NCBI GenBank assembly: GCA_023205875.1
Contig: CP060768.1
Coordinates: forward strand, 1-64,000
Origin: Chloropicon primus
Lineage: Eukaryota
Direction: 5' to 3'
Length of the DNA stretch: 64,000 bases
Below the pieces are notes generated by a model, which did not search any database, had not been told where the DNA came from, and saw only the letters and a program-made list of their open reading frames with translations. Shown piece after piece: positions 21,768 through 34,602 of the stretch. Made by a program: the position numbers and the translations under genes. Within the stretch, counting starts at the first letter, position 1. Each line of letters begins with the position of its first letter.

Positions 21768-22217
21768 CCTCGTCGTCGTCGTCGTGGCGAGCGGAGCACC
21801 TCATCCATCCTCCGTCGTGTGGTGTTAAAGTAGTGTACGCGTCGTTGTAATAGTGTTGTAATGATGGTGTTCCACGTCAGCCTTGTAGAAGTAACGTGGT
21901 TCGCAGAATCCAACGAGCCCCTCTCCATTGATGTAGGAATCCCTCCTTGATAGGGTTGAGTTCGGAGGAAAAGAGGGGCGGAGATCGAGCCAAGGGTCGC
22001 ACGATCGAGACCGCATACGGGTCGCCCGCGTCACGCTGAACAGGAGCGACAACAACAACAACACGAGGGACACACACACAACAAACGGAACCGGAACCAC
22101 GAACAAACACAACCTTTTCATTCCATTCCTTTCCTATTCCATTGGGGTTTCATTTTATCGGTGGGGGGGGACAAGAGAGGCAGAGGGACACGGAAGGGAA
22201 GGAAGGTTTGGGTCGTT

Positions 22218-24545
22218 ATGAGTTTGGTGCGCGGTGGTGTGAGTGGGAGGGTGAGGAGGACGAGGTCATCGTCTTTGTGTTGCAGTGGGAGTAACGCTGC
22301 TTCTTCCTCGCCCTCGCCCTCTTATTCTTCTTTGCCTCGGAGGAAGACCACCTCCACAAACAACAACGTCAACGTCAACGTCAACGTCAACGTCTGCAGG
22401 AGGGCAAGGAGCCTGGGGCTCGGGGAGGAACCCTCCTCCTCGGCGACGGACTGGAGACTCCGGGCGAGCATGTGGAGCCCCTCCTCGTCGGACTCCTCCA
22501 CCGCTCCGCATCCCAGCAGCAGCAGCGCTAGCGGCAAGAAGAAGAAGAAGGGAGTGGTCCCTGGCGAGCACTCGAGCGCTTCTTCTTCTTCTTCTTCTTC
22601 TTCTTCTTCTGCCTCGTCGTCGTCCTCTGCGGTTGCGAGAGCGGCGGCCTCGGTCCAACCGCTGGACGTCGGCGTCGTGGACGGGTCGGCGAGCCCCCTG
22701 CTTCCCTTGGGTTCTTTCTCCAGGTGGGCGGTGGAGGGTGGGAAGCGCGCGGTGAGGCTGCTGACCAAAGCAACCTCCCTGACCAAGGCCGCGGCGATTT
22801 CCTTGACGTCCCTGGACGAGGACAACCTCAGCACGCTGGCCAAGGAGGTGGAGAAGCTGAACCAGGTGGACCAGCCGGAGAAGACCACCAAGCCCGCAGT
22901 GAGCGTCAAGAGCTTCCTCAAGGACGTGAGCCACGACGAGGAGCTCCTGAGGAGGTTCAGGTACCTCAGCAGCATGTCCGAGCAGGCCTACTACACGAGG
23001 ACGCTGACCGAGGGGGACGTCAGGCGGAGGTACAAGCTGCGGCTCGTGGCGACGAGCGAGGAGTACAAGGAAGCCGCCCGGGCCGCGCTGGAGCTCGGCG
23101 AGTGCGTCGAGGACGTATTCCAGGCCGGGGACGGGATGTGCCAGAGCCCCAAGCAGGAGGAGGAGAGGATCTCGCGCGCGAGGGACGAGATGGAGGAGGA
23201 GCTCGACCTGGAGGAGATGTACAAGAGCCTGAGCTTCGAGGAGAAGGCGTACGAGCTGGGGATCACCACGGAGGCGGCGGCGGCGGAGGGGGTCGAGGAG
23301 CCCTCCTCCTCGTCGTCGGACCTCGCGGAGGCGGACAACGTCGGGGTGGTGGGCCGCGCCCTGGACACCGCCAAGGGGTTCACGACGTTCGTCTCGGGCT
23401 ACACCAAGAGCTTCAACCTTTCCAAAAAGTCCAAGGGCCAGGAGTCCGTCGAAGCGGAGGGCCAGGGCGCGACCAAGGCGAAGTCCCCGGACAACGACCC
23501 TTGCGAGTGGTTCGTGTGCGACAGCCGCGCCGACGAGCCGGCCTCTAACTTGTCCACCAAGGGACGCCCGACGAGGTACATCTCCCTCCAGGGGTCGGAC
23601 TCCCTGGACCACTGGGTGACGAACCTGAGCTTCGACCCCGTGGACTTTGAGGGCAAGGACCTCAACGTGAAGATCCACGCGGGGATCTACAACGCCGCGG
23701 AGAAGCTCATGGCCCAGCTCCAGTTCGCGGTGGAGGAGCACATCGAGGCCCACGGCAAGGAAGCGAGGTTCGTCTTCACCGGTCACTCTCTGGGCGGGGC
23801 CATCGCGTCCTGCCTGGTCATGATGCTCGTGCACAGGGGGGTCGTCGACAAGGCGATGGTCGAGGGGGTGTACACCTACGGCTGCCCCGCGTTCGTTTGC
23901 GAGAACTGCAGCTGCGAGTGCTGCGAGGGCGAGAACTGCGAGTGCACGGGGGACAACGTCAAGCTCTTGGAGAGGCTGGGTCTGAGCCCCTCGGTCTTCA
24001 ACCACTTGTGCATGCACAGGGACATCGTTCCGAAGGCCTTTGCGTGCGACTACACCCTCGTGAAGAGCATCATGAGCAAGATGGACCAGTTCAAGAACCA
24101 CGGCTGCCTCAAGGGAAGCAGGGAGAAGAATTACACCCCCGCCCTCTACAGGCACGTTGGGGACGTGTACTTTGTGCAGCCGAGCACTGAGTACCTGCAG
24201 TTTGCCCGGCCGGAGGGAGACTCTCCCCTCCTGCCGGAGGGCCAGGGCATCTGGAAGATGGTCGAGCCGCCCCAGTCGCTCAAGCTCGCGATGAAGACCA
24301 TGAACAGGGTGTCGAGGTCTCTTCAGAACGAGTGGGCCTTCGGGGATATGGACCTGTACACCTACGCCTCGGACATGAACCACGCGATTATTGAAATTTT
24401 TAACAACCCCCACCCCATCGAGACGCTGAAGGACAAAGCGGCTTACGGCCACGAGGGGGGGGTCTCAAGGTTCCACAAGCCCAAGAACTACACGAGGGCG
24501 GTGGGCGTCCTGCTGATGGACAACGCCAGCACCAACAAGATGTAA
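22218..24545 (+). CDS. Plastid lipase class 3 (PLIP-type phospholipase A1)
   Basis: FTGHSLGG nucleophile motif, QGSDSLDHWVTNLSFDP, HAGIYNAA and MHRDIVPKAFAC; Ser-rich transit peptide. Confidence 0.88.
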   Translation: MSLVRGGVSGRVRRTRSSSLCCSGSNAASSSPSPSYSSLPRRKTTSTNNNVNVNVNVNVCRRARSLGLGEEPSSSATDWRLRASMWSPSSSDSSTAPHPSSSSASGKKKKKGVVPGEHSSASSSSSSSSSSASSSSSAVARAAASVQPLDVGVVDGSASPLLPLGSFSRWAVEGGKRAVRLLTKATSLTKAAAISLTSLDEDNLSTLAKEVEKLNQVDQPEKTTKPAVSVKSFLKDVSHDEELLRRFRYLSSMSEQAYYTRTLTEGDVRRRYKLRLVATSEEYKEAARAALELGECVEDVFQAGDGMCQSPKQEEERISRARDEMEEELDLEEMYKSLSFEEKAYELGITTEAAAAEGVEEPSSSSSDLAEADNVGVVGRALDTAKGFTTFVSGYTKSFNLSKKSKGQESVEAEGQGATKAKSPDNDPCEWFVCDSRADEPASNLSTKGRPTRYISLQGSDSLDHWVTNLSFDPVDFEGKDLNVKIHAGIYNAAEKLMAQLQFAVEEHIEAHGKEARFVFTGHSLGGAIASCLVMMLVHRGVVDKAMVEGVYTYGCPAFVCENCSCECCEGENCECTGDNVKLLERLGLSPSVFNHLCMHRDIVPKAFACDYTLVKSIMSKMDQFKNHGCLKGSREKNYTPALYRHVGDVYFVQPSTEYLQFARPEGDSPLLPEGQGIWKMVEPPQSLKLAMKTMNRVSRSLQNEWAFGDMDLYTYASDMNHAIIEIFNNPHPIETLKDKAAYGHEGGVSRFHKPKNYTRAVGVLLMDNASTNKM

Positions 24546-24711
24546 CAGTAGAGCAATTTTGGGCAATTTTGTAGACAAATGTAAACTTTTTTAACTTGTA
24601 AAAAATTCGATGCACTTGCTTGCTTGGTCTGGTCTCTTCCTCGGCGCGCGCGCGCGCGTGTGTGTGTGGAGAACGAACGAACGAAAATGATGCAAAAACT
24701 TTTTTTTTTTT

Positions 24712-26445
24712 TTAGATGACGGTTCCATCAGGTATGACCGAGTCCTTGATGATCACAACGATGCCGTCCTTGATGATGTAACCTTCCTTCTCCCTGTTGG
24801 CCTCCTGCACGTTGTCCTTGTTGATGATCTGCACGTTGTGGCCGATTCTCGCGTTCTTGTCGATGATGCACTTCTTCACCACGGATCCGTTCCCGAGCCC
24901 AATCGGCATGCAGCCCGGGAGAAGCTCGCACTCCTCCATGGTCTCGTAATAGTCGGACCCCATGATGAGGGCGTCCTCGACGACGCAGTTGCTGCCGATC
25001 AAGGACCTCAGCCCCACGACAGAGTTCGAGACCTTGCTGCCGTGCCTGATCACGCACCCGTCCCCGATCACGCTGCTGGTGATCTCGCTTTCGATCACCT
25101 TGCTCGGGGGCAGGAACCTCGACATGGTGTAAATGGGGAACTCGTGGTCGTAGAAGGAGAACTTGAGCTTATCCCCCGACTCGCAGAGCGCCAAGTTGGA
25201 CTTGTAGAAGGCCTCGATGGTTCCGATGTCCTCCCAGTACCCGTCAAACAGGAACGCCTGGATGTTCATCCCGATCGAGTTGGCCCCGGGGATGACCTCC
25301 GAGCCAAAGTCGTTGGCCTCGGGAAAGTGCTTGGTGAGCAAATCGATCATGGCGCTGGTCTTGAAGACGTAGATACCCATGCTCGCGATGTAGGGCATCT
25401 CCTCGGCCCTCTCCTCGTCGAGTCCCAGGACAGTCGTGTCCACCTGCATGTTCTTCAGGGCCTCGCCCTCCGGCTTCTCCGAAAACTCGAAGATCCTCCC
25501 CGTGTCGTCGATCTTCATCAGTCCAAACGCGGATGCCCTCTTCTCGTCGCACGGCAGGGCGCTCACGGTGATGTCCGCCCCGCTCCTCACGTGCGTCTCG
25601 ACAAAGTCGCTGTAGTCCATCCTGTACAGGTGGTCGCCCGAGAGAATGAGGTAGTTCTCGATCCCGTCCCTCTCCGCGGCCTGGAAGAGCCAGAGGTACT
25701 GCCTCACCGCGTCCGCGGTCCCCTGGAACCACTCTGGGTTCGTGGGGCTCTGCTGGGCCGCGAGGACCTCCACGAATCCCCCCCTCCCCGCGGGCCCGCC
25801 GCCCACGATCGAGTTGTAGGCCTGGGACATGTGCCTGTTCAGGGACGCCGAGTTGAACTGCGTCAGGCAGTACATCTTGTTGATCCCGCTGTTGATGCAG
25901 TTGCTCACCGGGATGTCGATGAGTCTGTAGTTCGCCCCGAGGGGCACCGCAGGCTTGGCACGCTTCTTGGTGAGGGGGTAGAGCCTCGTCCCGGCCCCTC
26001 CTCCCAAGATCACGCCGAGCACGGTCTTCTGCATGTCAGTCTTGTTCATCATGAGCTGCCCTGCGAGGTCACCAGGCTCCACGCCGTTCCCAGCGTACGC
26101 CGGCGACGGCGAGGCGTAGCTCTCCTCCTGGTTCACCTGCACCGCCTTCGCCACCACCCCGGACGACGACGACGACGACAAGCGCAAGCGGCGCCCGTGG
26201 TTGCGGCGTCCCGACGACAACGTCGCCAGACAGGCCACCACACCCGCGCCGCCACTGCTGCTAGTTGCGTTGACGTTTGCGTTCGCGTTTGCGTTGGTGA
26301 CATCCACCCTCCTCCTCCTGGTGGTCCTCCTCCTTCTGGAGATGTTGTTGCTGCTGCTGTTGCTGTTGTTGTTGATGCCGCTCTGACTCTGAGCGACGGC
26401 TGGCGCGAAGCACCTACTACTCGTCGACGTCGTCACCATCCTCAT
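24712..26445 (-). CDS. ADP-glucose pyrophosphorylase small subunit (plastid)
   Basis: [48 protein letters not shown] and GYWEDIGTI; left-handed beta-helix C-terminus. Confidence 0.95.
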   Translation of the reverse strand: MRMVTTSTSSRCFAPAVAQSQSGINNNSNSSSNNISRRRRTTRRRRVDVTNANANANVNATSSSGGAGVVACLATLSSGRRNHGRRLRLSSSSSSGVVAKAVQVNQEESYASPSPAYAGNGVEPGDLAGQLMMNKTDMQKTVLGVILGGGAGTRLYPLTKKRAKPAVPLGANYRLIDIPVSNCINSGINKMYCLTQFNSASLNRHMSQAYNSIVGGGPAGRGGFVEVLAAQQSPTNPEWFQGTADAVRQYLWLFQAAERDGIENYLILSGDHLYRMDYSDFVETHVRSGADITVSALPCDEKRASAFGLMKIDDTGRIFEFSEKPEGEALKNMQVDTTVLGLDEERAEEMPYIASMGIYVFKTSAMIDLLTKHFPEANDFGSEVIPGANSIGMNIQAFLFDGYWEDIGTIEAFYKSNLALCESGDKLKFSFYDHEFPIYTMSRFLPPSKVIESEITSSVIGDGCVIRHGSKVSNSVVGLRSLIGSNCVVEDALIMGSDYYETMEECELLPGCMPIGLGNGSVVKKCIIDKNARIGHNVQIINKDNVQEANREKEGYIIKDGIVVIIKDSVIPDGTVI

Positions 26446-26813
26446 TCCTCGTGTCCTCGTGTCCTCGTGTCCTCGTTAGGCGCGCTCCCGCTCCTCGACG
26501 TCGCGTCGTGTGGCTGTCGCGTCGTCGTGATCTGGATCAGGATCTCTGATTTTTTGGAGGCCAGCTCGATCCAGGGAGGACGAGGGCCATTCATTGCCAT
26601 AGCGATGGCGGCAACCGCGAGGGAGGGGAGGGGGGGCGCAACAGGGGAAGGGGGCAAGGATAAGGGGGGGGGAGAGGGAGGAAATAAGTGAGGGAGGTAG
26701 ACTTGGTTGCCTGGAGACAGAGACAGAGAGAGAGACAGAGGAAGCATGACATGGGGGGGGGCGGGTTGGTTGGGGGGTTGGAGAATAGAAATATCTAAAG
26801 ATGTCCTGGTCTC

Positions 26814-26844
<31 letters not shown>

Positions 26845-27131
26845 TGGGAGGGGCAATTCCGAAGGGAAAATACAGCGCTGTCGTTGGGATATCAAGAAGA
26901 AGGAAAAGGAAGGACAAGCATGACGCGCGTCCCCGAAAGATAAAGAACGAACAAAAAAAAGAGTCTAGCCTAATTCTAATTTATTCAACCAACAAGAGAG
27001 ATATCATTATTTTACTGTTACTTTACGGCGGGGGAGGACGACAAGCCCCTGATGATCTCGTGCAATCCATCGCAACGCCGTGCCTGTCACCTCTAAGCCT
27101 GCCTGGGTTCTTCTTCTTCTTCTTCTTCTTC

Positions 27132-28241
27132 TCAGGACTTCCAGCCGATGAACTGCTCCCCCTCCGGCTTGGTCTTCCAGTGGTCCGGGGCCCACATCGC
27201 GGGGGTCTCCCCGTCCCCGTCCACCTTGGACTCGTCCGCGCCCCCCTCCACCAGGACGTCGTAAATCTCCCTGTACTCGCACATCGCGGCGTAGTGCAGC
27301 GGGGTCTGGCCGTCCGCGTCCTGGCAGTTCGGGTCGGCCTCGTTGCGCAGCAGGGCGCACACCAGCTCCAGGTTGCCGTGGTCCGTCGCCCAGTGGAGGA
27401 GGGTCCTCTCCTTGCCGTCGCGCTCGGAGAGATCGATGTCGGTCGACCCCCCTTGTTGCCCAGCCCCCCCGGACCCTCTCCTCCTCAGGAGCTCCTCCAT
27501 CACCCCCTCGACCCCGGAGTTCTCGGCGACGGCGTCGTACCAGTTGCTGGTGCCCCCCCCTCCGCCTCCCGCCCCGGCGTCCCCCTCCCCCCCCTCCTCC
27601 TCGTTGTCCTGGTAAGGGTCCCTCAGCGTGCTGTTCGTGACCCAGCTGTGCATGCCCGCGTCCTCCCCCTCCTCTCCGTCCAGGGTGAAGTCAATGTCCT
27701 TCTGCACGGCCTTGGCCAGCACCTTTCCCACGTACATGGTCATGGCGAGACTCCTCTTCATCCCCGCGCACTCCCTCCACGCCCGCCGCTTCGCCACCTC
27801 CTTGGGCGAAACCGCCACGCCAGTGGCGCTGACAACCGAGGAAACCAAATACCGCACCCACCTCGACCACCTCTTCGTCCATCCTTCCCCTTCATCGCCA
27901 CCGCCACCGCCACCGCCACCGCAGTCTCCCACCGTGGCCTGCTTGTACAAGCCGTAAAGCTCCAGGAGCTCCCTGCTCTCGAAGACGTCCACGGAAACGA
28001 GCGAGGTGCTCGCGACGAAGTCGCACGCCCTGTCGAAGTCCCGCTCGTCCTTGGCAGAGACCTCCTCCTCCTCGCCGTCGTCCACTTCACCACCGCCACC
28101 GCCATCCTCGGAGGAGGAGTTATGGTTGTGGTACGCGGCGAGTGCTGCGACGAGTCCGGCTGTCGCTATACCGAGGCACACGACCACCCTCGTGGTGTCG
28201 ACAAGACACGCTTTGTCCCCCCTCTGCTCCCCCTCTCCCAT
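27132..28241 (-). CDS. Membrane-anchored acyl-CoA-binding protein with ankyrin repeats (class II ACBP)
   Basis: N-terminal TM segment, LELYGLYKQATVGDC...AKRRAW ACB domain, ankyrins RTLLHWATDHG and GQTPLHYAA. Confidence 0.88.
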   Translation of the reverse strand: MGEGEQRGDKACLVDTTRVVVCLGIATAGLVAALAAYHNHNSSSEDGGGGGEVDDGEEEEVSAKDERDFDRACDFVASTSLVSVDVFESRELLELYGLYKQATVGDCGGGGGGGGDEGEGWTKRWSRWVRYLVSSVVSATGVAVSPKEVAKRRAWRECAGMKRSLAMTMYVGKVLAKAVQKDIDFTLDGEEGEDAGMHSWVTNSTLRDPYQDNEEEGGEGDAGAGGGGGGTSNWYDAVAENSGVEGVMEELLRRRGSGGAGQQGGSTDIDLSERDGKERTLLHWATDHGNLELVCALLRNEADPNCQDADGQTPLHYAAMCEYREIYDVLVEGGADESKVDGDGETPAMWAPDHWKTKPEGEQFIGWKS

Positions 28242-28742
28242 GGCAAACACCCCTCTCCGCTCTCGTCCTCGTCCTCGTCCTCGTCGTGCAATCCAAATGG
28301 AATGGAATGAGAAAGAAGAATGCGAAAGGGATGAAGAAGTAAAGGAATCCGATCCGATCCGATCCAATGTGTTCCGATCGATCGATCGTCTTCTTCGTCC
28401 TCGTTCTTGTCCTCGTGTGTTGGTGTTGGTGTTGTCTGGTTCCCTCCTCCTCTTCGCCTCCTCTGGAAACTACGCGCCAAAAAAGAAAAAAGAAAAGAAA
28501 AGAAACGAAGGGACAGATCGATCGATCGATCGGACGACGAACGACGACGACGGCGACGCAACCGCAACACCGCGACACCGCGACACCGCGACACGACGCG
28601 CGACGCGTGAGGAAGGAGGAACGCCAGCCTTCGCCGCCCACTTCACTTGACTTGACTTGATTCGACTCGCTTGTGTTCTCGCTTGGTGGCTTGAAGGGGA
28701 TTGAATTGGCTAGTAGCCACTTGAGTTGTTTAGGTTGACAAG

Positions 28743-30137
28743 ATGCCTCGTGAGATCATCACGCTGCAGGTGGGCCAGTGCGGCAACCAGATCGGGATGG
28801 AGTTCTGGAAGAAGTTGTGTTACGAGCACGGGATAAGCAAGACGGGTATGCTGGAGGACTTTGCTTTGAACAACACGGGGAACGACAGGAAGGACGTGTT
28901 CTTCTACCAGGCGGATGACGAGCACTACGTGCCTCGTGCCGTGCTCGTGGACTTGGAGCCCAGGGTCATCAACGCCATCCAGAACTCCGAGTACAAGAAC
29001 CTCTACAACCACGAGAACGTGTTCTTGTCGAGCCACGGCGGAGGGGCGGGGAACAACTGGGCGAGCGGGTACAGCCAGGCCGAGGCGGTCCAGGAGGAGC
29101 TCTTGGACATGATAGACAGGGAGGCGGAGGGGAGCGACTCCCTCGAGGGCTTCGTGCTCTGCCACTCCATTGCGGGAGGAACGGGGAGTGGTATGGGGTC
29201 CTACATGCTCGAGGCCCTGAACGACAGGTTTGGGAAGAAGCTGATCCAGACGTACTCCGTTTTCCCGAACCAGAACGAGACGTCTGACGTCGTCGTGCAG
29301 CCTTACAACTCTCTGCTCACGCTCAAGCGCTTGACGTTGAACGCGGACGCCGTGGTCGTCCTGGACAACACGGCGCTGAACAGGATAGCGGTGGACAGGC
29401 TTCACATACAAAACCCCACTTTTGCCCAGACCAACGCTCTGGTCTCCACTGTCATGGCGGCGAGCACGACGACCTTGAGGTACCCGGGCTACATGAACAA
29501 CGACCTGGTTGGCCTGATCGCCAACCTCGTTCCGACGCCGAGGTGCCACTTCCTCATGGCTGGGTACACCCCGCTGACCATCGATGAAAGCATCGGGCAG
29601 AAGCAGGAGACGGTGACGCAGAGCACCATCAGGAAGACGACAGTGCTGGACGTCATGAGGCGCCTCCTGCAGTCGAAGAACATCATGGTCTCCGCACACG
29701 CCAGGAGCAAGGAGACGAGCAACAGCAAGTACATCTCTATCCTGAACGTGATTCAGGGAGAGGTGGACCCGACGCAGGTGCACAAGTCCTTGCAGCGCAT
29801 CAGGGAGAGGAAGCTTGCTCAGTTCATAGAGTGGGGCCCGGCCAGCATCCAGGTCGCCCTCAGTCGCAAGTCCCCCTATGTCAAGTCCCAGCACAGGGTT
29901 AGTGGCCTCATGCTTGCCAACCACACCAGCATCCGCCACCTCTTCTCCAGGTGCTTGAACCAGTACGACAGGCTCATGAGAAGAAGGGCGTTCTTGGACA
30001 ACTACGAGAAGCACCCCATGTTTGCAGAAGATCTGAGCGAATTTGATGACTCCCGGGAAGTCGTGGAGCAGCTTGCGGAGGAATACAAGGCTTGCGAAAG
30101 CCCGGACTACATCAAGAGCTGGAGCTCGTACTCGTGA
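28743..30137 (+). CDS. TUBG1: Gamma-tubulin
   Basis: [37 protein letters not shown] and DVVVQPYNS; intronless. Confidence 0.98.
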   Translation: MPREIITLQVGQCGNQIGMEFWKKLCYEHGISKTGMLEDFALNNTGNDRKDVFFYQADDEHYVPRAVLVDLEPRVINAIQNSEYKNLYNHENVFLSSHGGGAGNNWASGYSQAEAVQEELLDMIDREAEGSDSLEGFVLCHSIAGGTGSGMGSYMLEALNDRFGKKLIQTYSVFPNQNETSDVVVQPYNSLLTLKRLTLNADAVVVLDNTALNRIAVDRLHIQNPTFAQTNALVSTVMAASTTTLRYPGYMNNDLVGLIANLVPTPRCHFLMAGYTPLTIDESIGQKQETVTQSTIRKTTVLDVMRRLLQSKNIMVSAHARSKETSNSKYISILNVIQGEVDPTQVHKSLQRIRERKLAQFIEWGPASIQVALSRKSPYVKSQHRVSGLMLANHTSIRHLFSRCLNQYDRLMRRRAFLDNYEKHPMFAEDLSEFDDSREVVEQLAEEYKACESPDYIKSWSSYS

Positions 30138-30219
30138 ATTCGTACACTGTTTTACAATCAAATGGTCTCTCTCTTGTACATTCTAAGTTTTATATAGTCA
30201 GAACTCTTTTCCGCGTTGT

Positions 30220-33200
30220 CTAACATTCGTAGGAGAGCGGCAAGTCCTGGTCCAGCAGCAGAGACCTCTGAGAATCGGTCCCCTTCTCCGTCTCCGTCTC
30301 GCTCGTGTTATCGTACATGTCTCTTGCCTGGTTGAAGTCGAAATTAGAAAGGTCTAGCTGCGACAAAACAACATTGCCGTGGAGGTCCCTGTGCTTCAAG
30401 CTCCCCATTTCAACACTGACGTCCTCTTTCTTGTGCAGCCAAAGCACGCACTTCCAAATGAAACGCTCGACTGACCGTTTCAAAGCCGGGACCTTGGACG
30501 CCAAGAAGGAATTCTTTTGGGTCTTGCACTCGAGGCAGATCGTGTGGATGTACTTCACCCCCTTTTGAAGCTCTTTCAGAATCGGGAGAACCTTGTCGTT
30601 CTTGTGCAAGTCGTTCTTGTCCAAAATAGCCAAGGCATCAAAGAAGCTTTGCCCATTCTGAACAATGTGCTTCAAGAACAAGTTCCCTTTCTCGACTTTC
30701 CTCGGCAGGAGAACAAGCTTGGTGAACAGCGCGGAGCATTGGTGGACCTTCCCGAGCTCGGATGTATCCTCAAGGCTCTCCTGGAGGTGCTTCTGAAACG
30801 TTTTGCACAGCCAGTGAAAAAGACTCGAATACCACACCATGATGCTCTGCCTATCCAGGAGAGGGTAAGGGCTCTCCATCTTCGACCCTTTGCCTTTGCC
30901 CAAAGTGCTCTTCACGTACCTTTCGTAGAACGTCATGGTTTCGTGCAAGCTCTCCAATGGGTCTTCGCAAAGGAAAGAATAGCTCTTGATGAGCTGATCA
31001 ATAATCCGAGCCTTCCTCGCGTTGCTTAGCTTCCTTGCAGAAAGAGAAGAAGGGTCTACCTCGATGAGGAGGTGATTCACTTTGAGGAACGTTTCGTGTC
31101 GGATTTGCTCCAAATCGAAGCCTGGCTGGTCGCCACCATCAAGCTCCTCCGCTTGAAGCTTTTGGTACACCGACACAATCGTTTGCACGGACTTGAACTT
31201 CAAATCAAAGCTTGACGTTTTCTCATAATGGGCACTCACTGTATTCAAGAAACCTGTGATGGAGTTGGCTCGATCGCAGCCCCCTCCGTTCCCGAGGAAA
31301 CAGTCAAAAAACTTGCACAAGTTGCTGACATTGTCGCACTTCTTGATCGTATCGCAGGTGATATCCGATATCAGCTCGAGCCCAAAGCTTGCAGCAGTGC
31401 AGGAATCCTTCACAAGGGCACTCGTCGCGTCATACAGGCATTCTGGTCCCGCGGCAGCCGTCGGAACCGACGTTTCATCTTGCGATGCTAAATGGTCCAG
31501 AAACGACTTCTGCAGCGTGTGTAGAACAAATGGGAAATCGATCTGTTCCTCCTCGAAGGTCTTGAACTCCACAATGTCAAGACTTGTTCTGAAGATGCCA
31601 TCCCTTGAATAGCATTGGTGGTGCAAAGCCTGCAGCAAGTACGTCCAGACCGGTATCAGGGCGGACTCGTCTTTGATTGCGCCGTGGCCCGGGGAGCAAG
31701 CCAGGAAGAGAATCCCGAAACAAGACCTCCTCAAAGGCCTAAACTGCTTTGTCGAAAAGTACTTTGCTGACTTCTCCACTTCCTGATTCATGCCTAAAAG
31801 TAAAACGTGCTCCCTAGCAGCAGGCTGTGCTGCGGCATCAGATTTCACACCCTTTCCTCTTTTCTCTTTCGCCTTCTGGTGCAGAAGAATGAGACAAGTT
31901 TCAAGAAAGTAGATGTTCTCCGCCCTCTCGATAACCTTTTTGATCGTCGCACTTTCCGTTTCCAGAGTTTGTTCATCCAAAAAGTTCAAGTCGTCGGTGA
32001 AGGTGTTCAGAATTTCGCGACACCAGCTAATGGCGTAACCGAGTATTTGTGCCACGTCCTTCCGCTGGCTGCTCGAATCGAGGCATTCCTTGGCAAAAAG
32101 GTGGAGGGGACATCCAAGAAGGGCATTGATGGCCTCGAGTGACTTTGAAAGCCTTTTTTCAAGCGTCTGCATGAGGCATATCTGCGCAGGTAGCTTGGCC
32201 AACTGAAGTTGCTCCTCCTTGTCGTAGGACAGAGACAAAGGTAGTATTCTTATGGCAACTTGGGCGTCCTCATCATCCAGGTTGAACCACGCCTCACTTG
32301 GCATAGGATAGCTTGTAGTCAATTCCCCTTCTTGCAGCTTGCCGTTCTGAAACTCATCAATGTATATCGATTCAAATTCTTCTTGCACCATGCCGTTCAA
32401 GTACTCGAGAACCTTTTCGTTCGTCAAGCGGCCCTGTGACAGCAACTGAGCGAGCTCTTCGAACAAAAAGCCCAAGCTCACTGGGTTTCTTGAGCACTGC
32501 CTGAACATTCTCCTCAGAGAATCACATACTTCCTTTGCGCATCTTGCGGGGCTGCTCGAGGACTCAATCAATCGCTCCGTCTTCCCCAGCAGGGCCAAAC
32601 TCCCAATGATGCCCGTCTTAAAATGGTTCTGGCAATCTGATGACATCTGCTTCCTTATCATGATGTGAACCTCATCCTCGAGTCTGGAATGCTGATGGGC
32701 AGCGAGGCTATCTGGAGCCGGGGCTATGAGCTCGCTAATCACCCAAAACAGCTCCCTCGTCTGATTGTTGTCGAACATCTCAATGTGATCCAAAAGGGTC
32801 GCTAAGTATGACGCAAACGGTTTCAGGAGTTCCAAGCTATCTGTTGCAATCGCAGTGAGGGACGCCAGGGCGCCGTTCACTTCCTCGGCATTTCCACTGC
32901 CCAAGTGCGCCACAAGCTCACCCAAGATGTCCTGCCTCTGATACATCTCTTGGAACGTTACGAATAAAAGAGAGTACAGGGACACTCCCGTCCTCGCAAT
33001 GGTCGCGTTCTTCGACTTGAGCAGTGTGCACGTGAAAGAGAGAATGGCAGCAAAAAACTCTTTCAAGGCATTGTAGTGGGTTCCGATTGATTGGGCAAGA
33101 ATGCTGTCTGAAAGCTGCCCCGACAAAATTTTCTTGTGAGCAGTTTGCTGAGCATGGTTTGCTTGGTCTCCGCTGAAGCTCAAAAGGACAAGGAGAACCC

Positions 33201-34421
33201 AGACATCCACTACGCAGAGCTGTGCACCGCCGAGGGCACTGGCACCAAGCCTCTTCAGAAGCTTGTTGTAAAATGCGATTGCCTCAGGCTTGCAGCGCAG
33301 TGCAGACCTGATGGCCAGAACTATTTCTTTCTCCACATCTGCAGTTTTCTTGCCCTTCTGCTTCCTGTCTGGGATTTTTCTTCTGGGGTCCGCCGTGTCC
33401 ACAAAGTGAAGCTGGGCTCGCAAGGCCACCAAGACCCTCTCGTACGTCTCCTCCGTGCAATTCTCAAGGAGAAACTTTACGAGCTTTCCCAGCTCTTCCA
33501 CCTCCACGGCGGGAACGTGGTCCAAGACTTTGATGGTGATCTCATTCCTCACAGCATTGGAGATGCACAAGCTGGGAACAGTCTCGATGACCGTGTCTGT
33601 GAACGCCGAGTCCTCCTCCATCTTGCCCAGAAGAAAGTGCCCGACCCGATCAGCCTGGTCATCCGTCACCGTTATCTCTGGCAAAAAGACGATCATGTCC
33701 TTCTGAAAGCTCTCGTCTGTCACGCTCATGACGTCCATGAACTTGTCCAGGATTGCGCTGTCCTCCGAGTTCACGTCCAGCCACCTGAACTGATTGATGA
33801 TCGAGGCCATGAACCCCTTCTGAGTCTCGTTTGAAGGGTCGAGCTGCGGGACCTTCTCGAGCAGCAGGGTGGAGACAGGAGCCTGCAAGCAGTACACGTT
33901 GAGCTGAGAAAAGAAAAGAAAGAGAAACGAACGCTGTCAGTGGACGGGGAAGGAACGGCGCGCGAGCTGCGACGTCGCGATCTCACCAAACCGTGGGCCA
34001 GGCTATCCCCGTCGTTGATGGGCTTCGTAAGCATCCTCAGCCCCTCTTCTGCATCTGCATAGCTTTCCAGGTCGTGAACAAATCTCTGTTTCAACCTCGG
34101 GTCCGTCGCCAGGCTCAGCTCAATCGTGTTCACAAACTCCCTCGCGTCGCAGGAGAGCGCGAACTCCCTCGCCCCCTCCTCTCCCTCCTCTACCCTGCAC
34201 CCGCTCTTCTCACACACGTCGAGAAACACACCTCCCTCCCCCTCGCACTTCCGCTTCCTCTTCCTGTCCTCTCTCTCTCTTTCTTTTTCTTTTTCTTTTT
34301 CGTTTTGGCTCCCGGTCTCGCGACGGAGTGGTCCGGTGGTGCGCCCCTCCGCCTCCTCCTCCGCCTCGCCATCCCGCACCATCCCCTCGCCCTCGCCTCC
34401 GCGCTCTGCCGACGACGCCAT
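30220..34421 (-). CDS. FANCD2: Fanconi anemia group D2 protein; join on minus 34421..33987, 33903..30220
   Basis: Long helical solenoid with IINQFRWLD, FLPEI, YQRQDILGELVAHLGSG, IMIRKQM (monoubiquitination Lys context), GIIG, INALLGCPL and KVPALKRSVERF. An 83-bp GT-AG intron (33904-33986) joins the exons in frame. Confidence 0.88.
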
Positions 34422-34602
34422 CGTGGAGCTGTCACTGTCACTGGAGGAGAAAAAATGGAGGGAAAACGGAGGGCAGGCATGACTGACTTGGAGGGAAGGA
34501 GTTATTGTACATCTTCAATTGCCTTTTATTTGTTGTTGTTATGGTTATGGTTTCTTAGAGCTTGCATTGTCCACGCCAACCGGCCTTTCCTTGGTTCTGA
34601 AC

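Noticed and set aside
21940..21965. Telomerase RNA template candidate (AACCCUA on minus)
   Set aside because: It does not match this organism's TTTTAGG repeat, which needs a CCUAAAA permutation.
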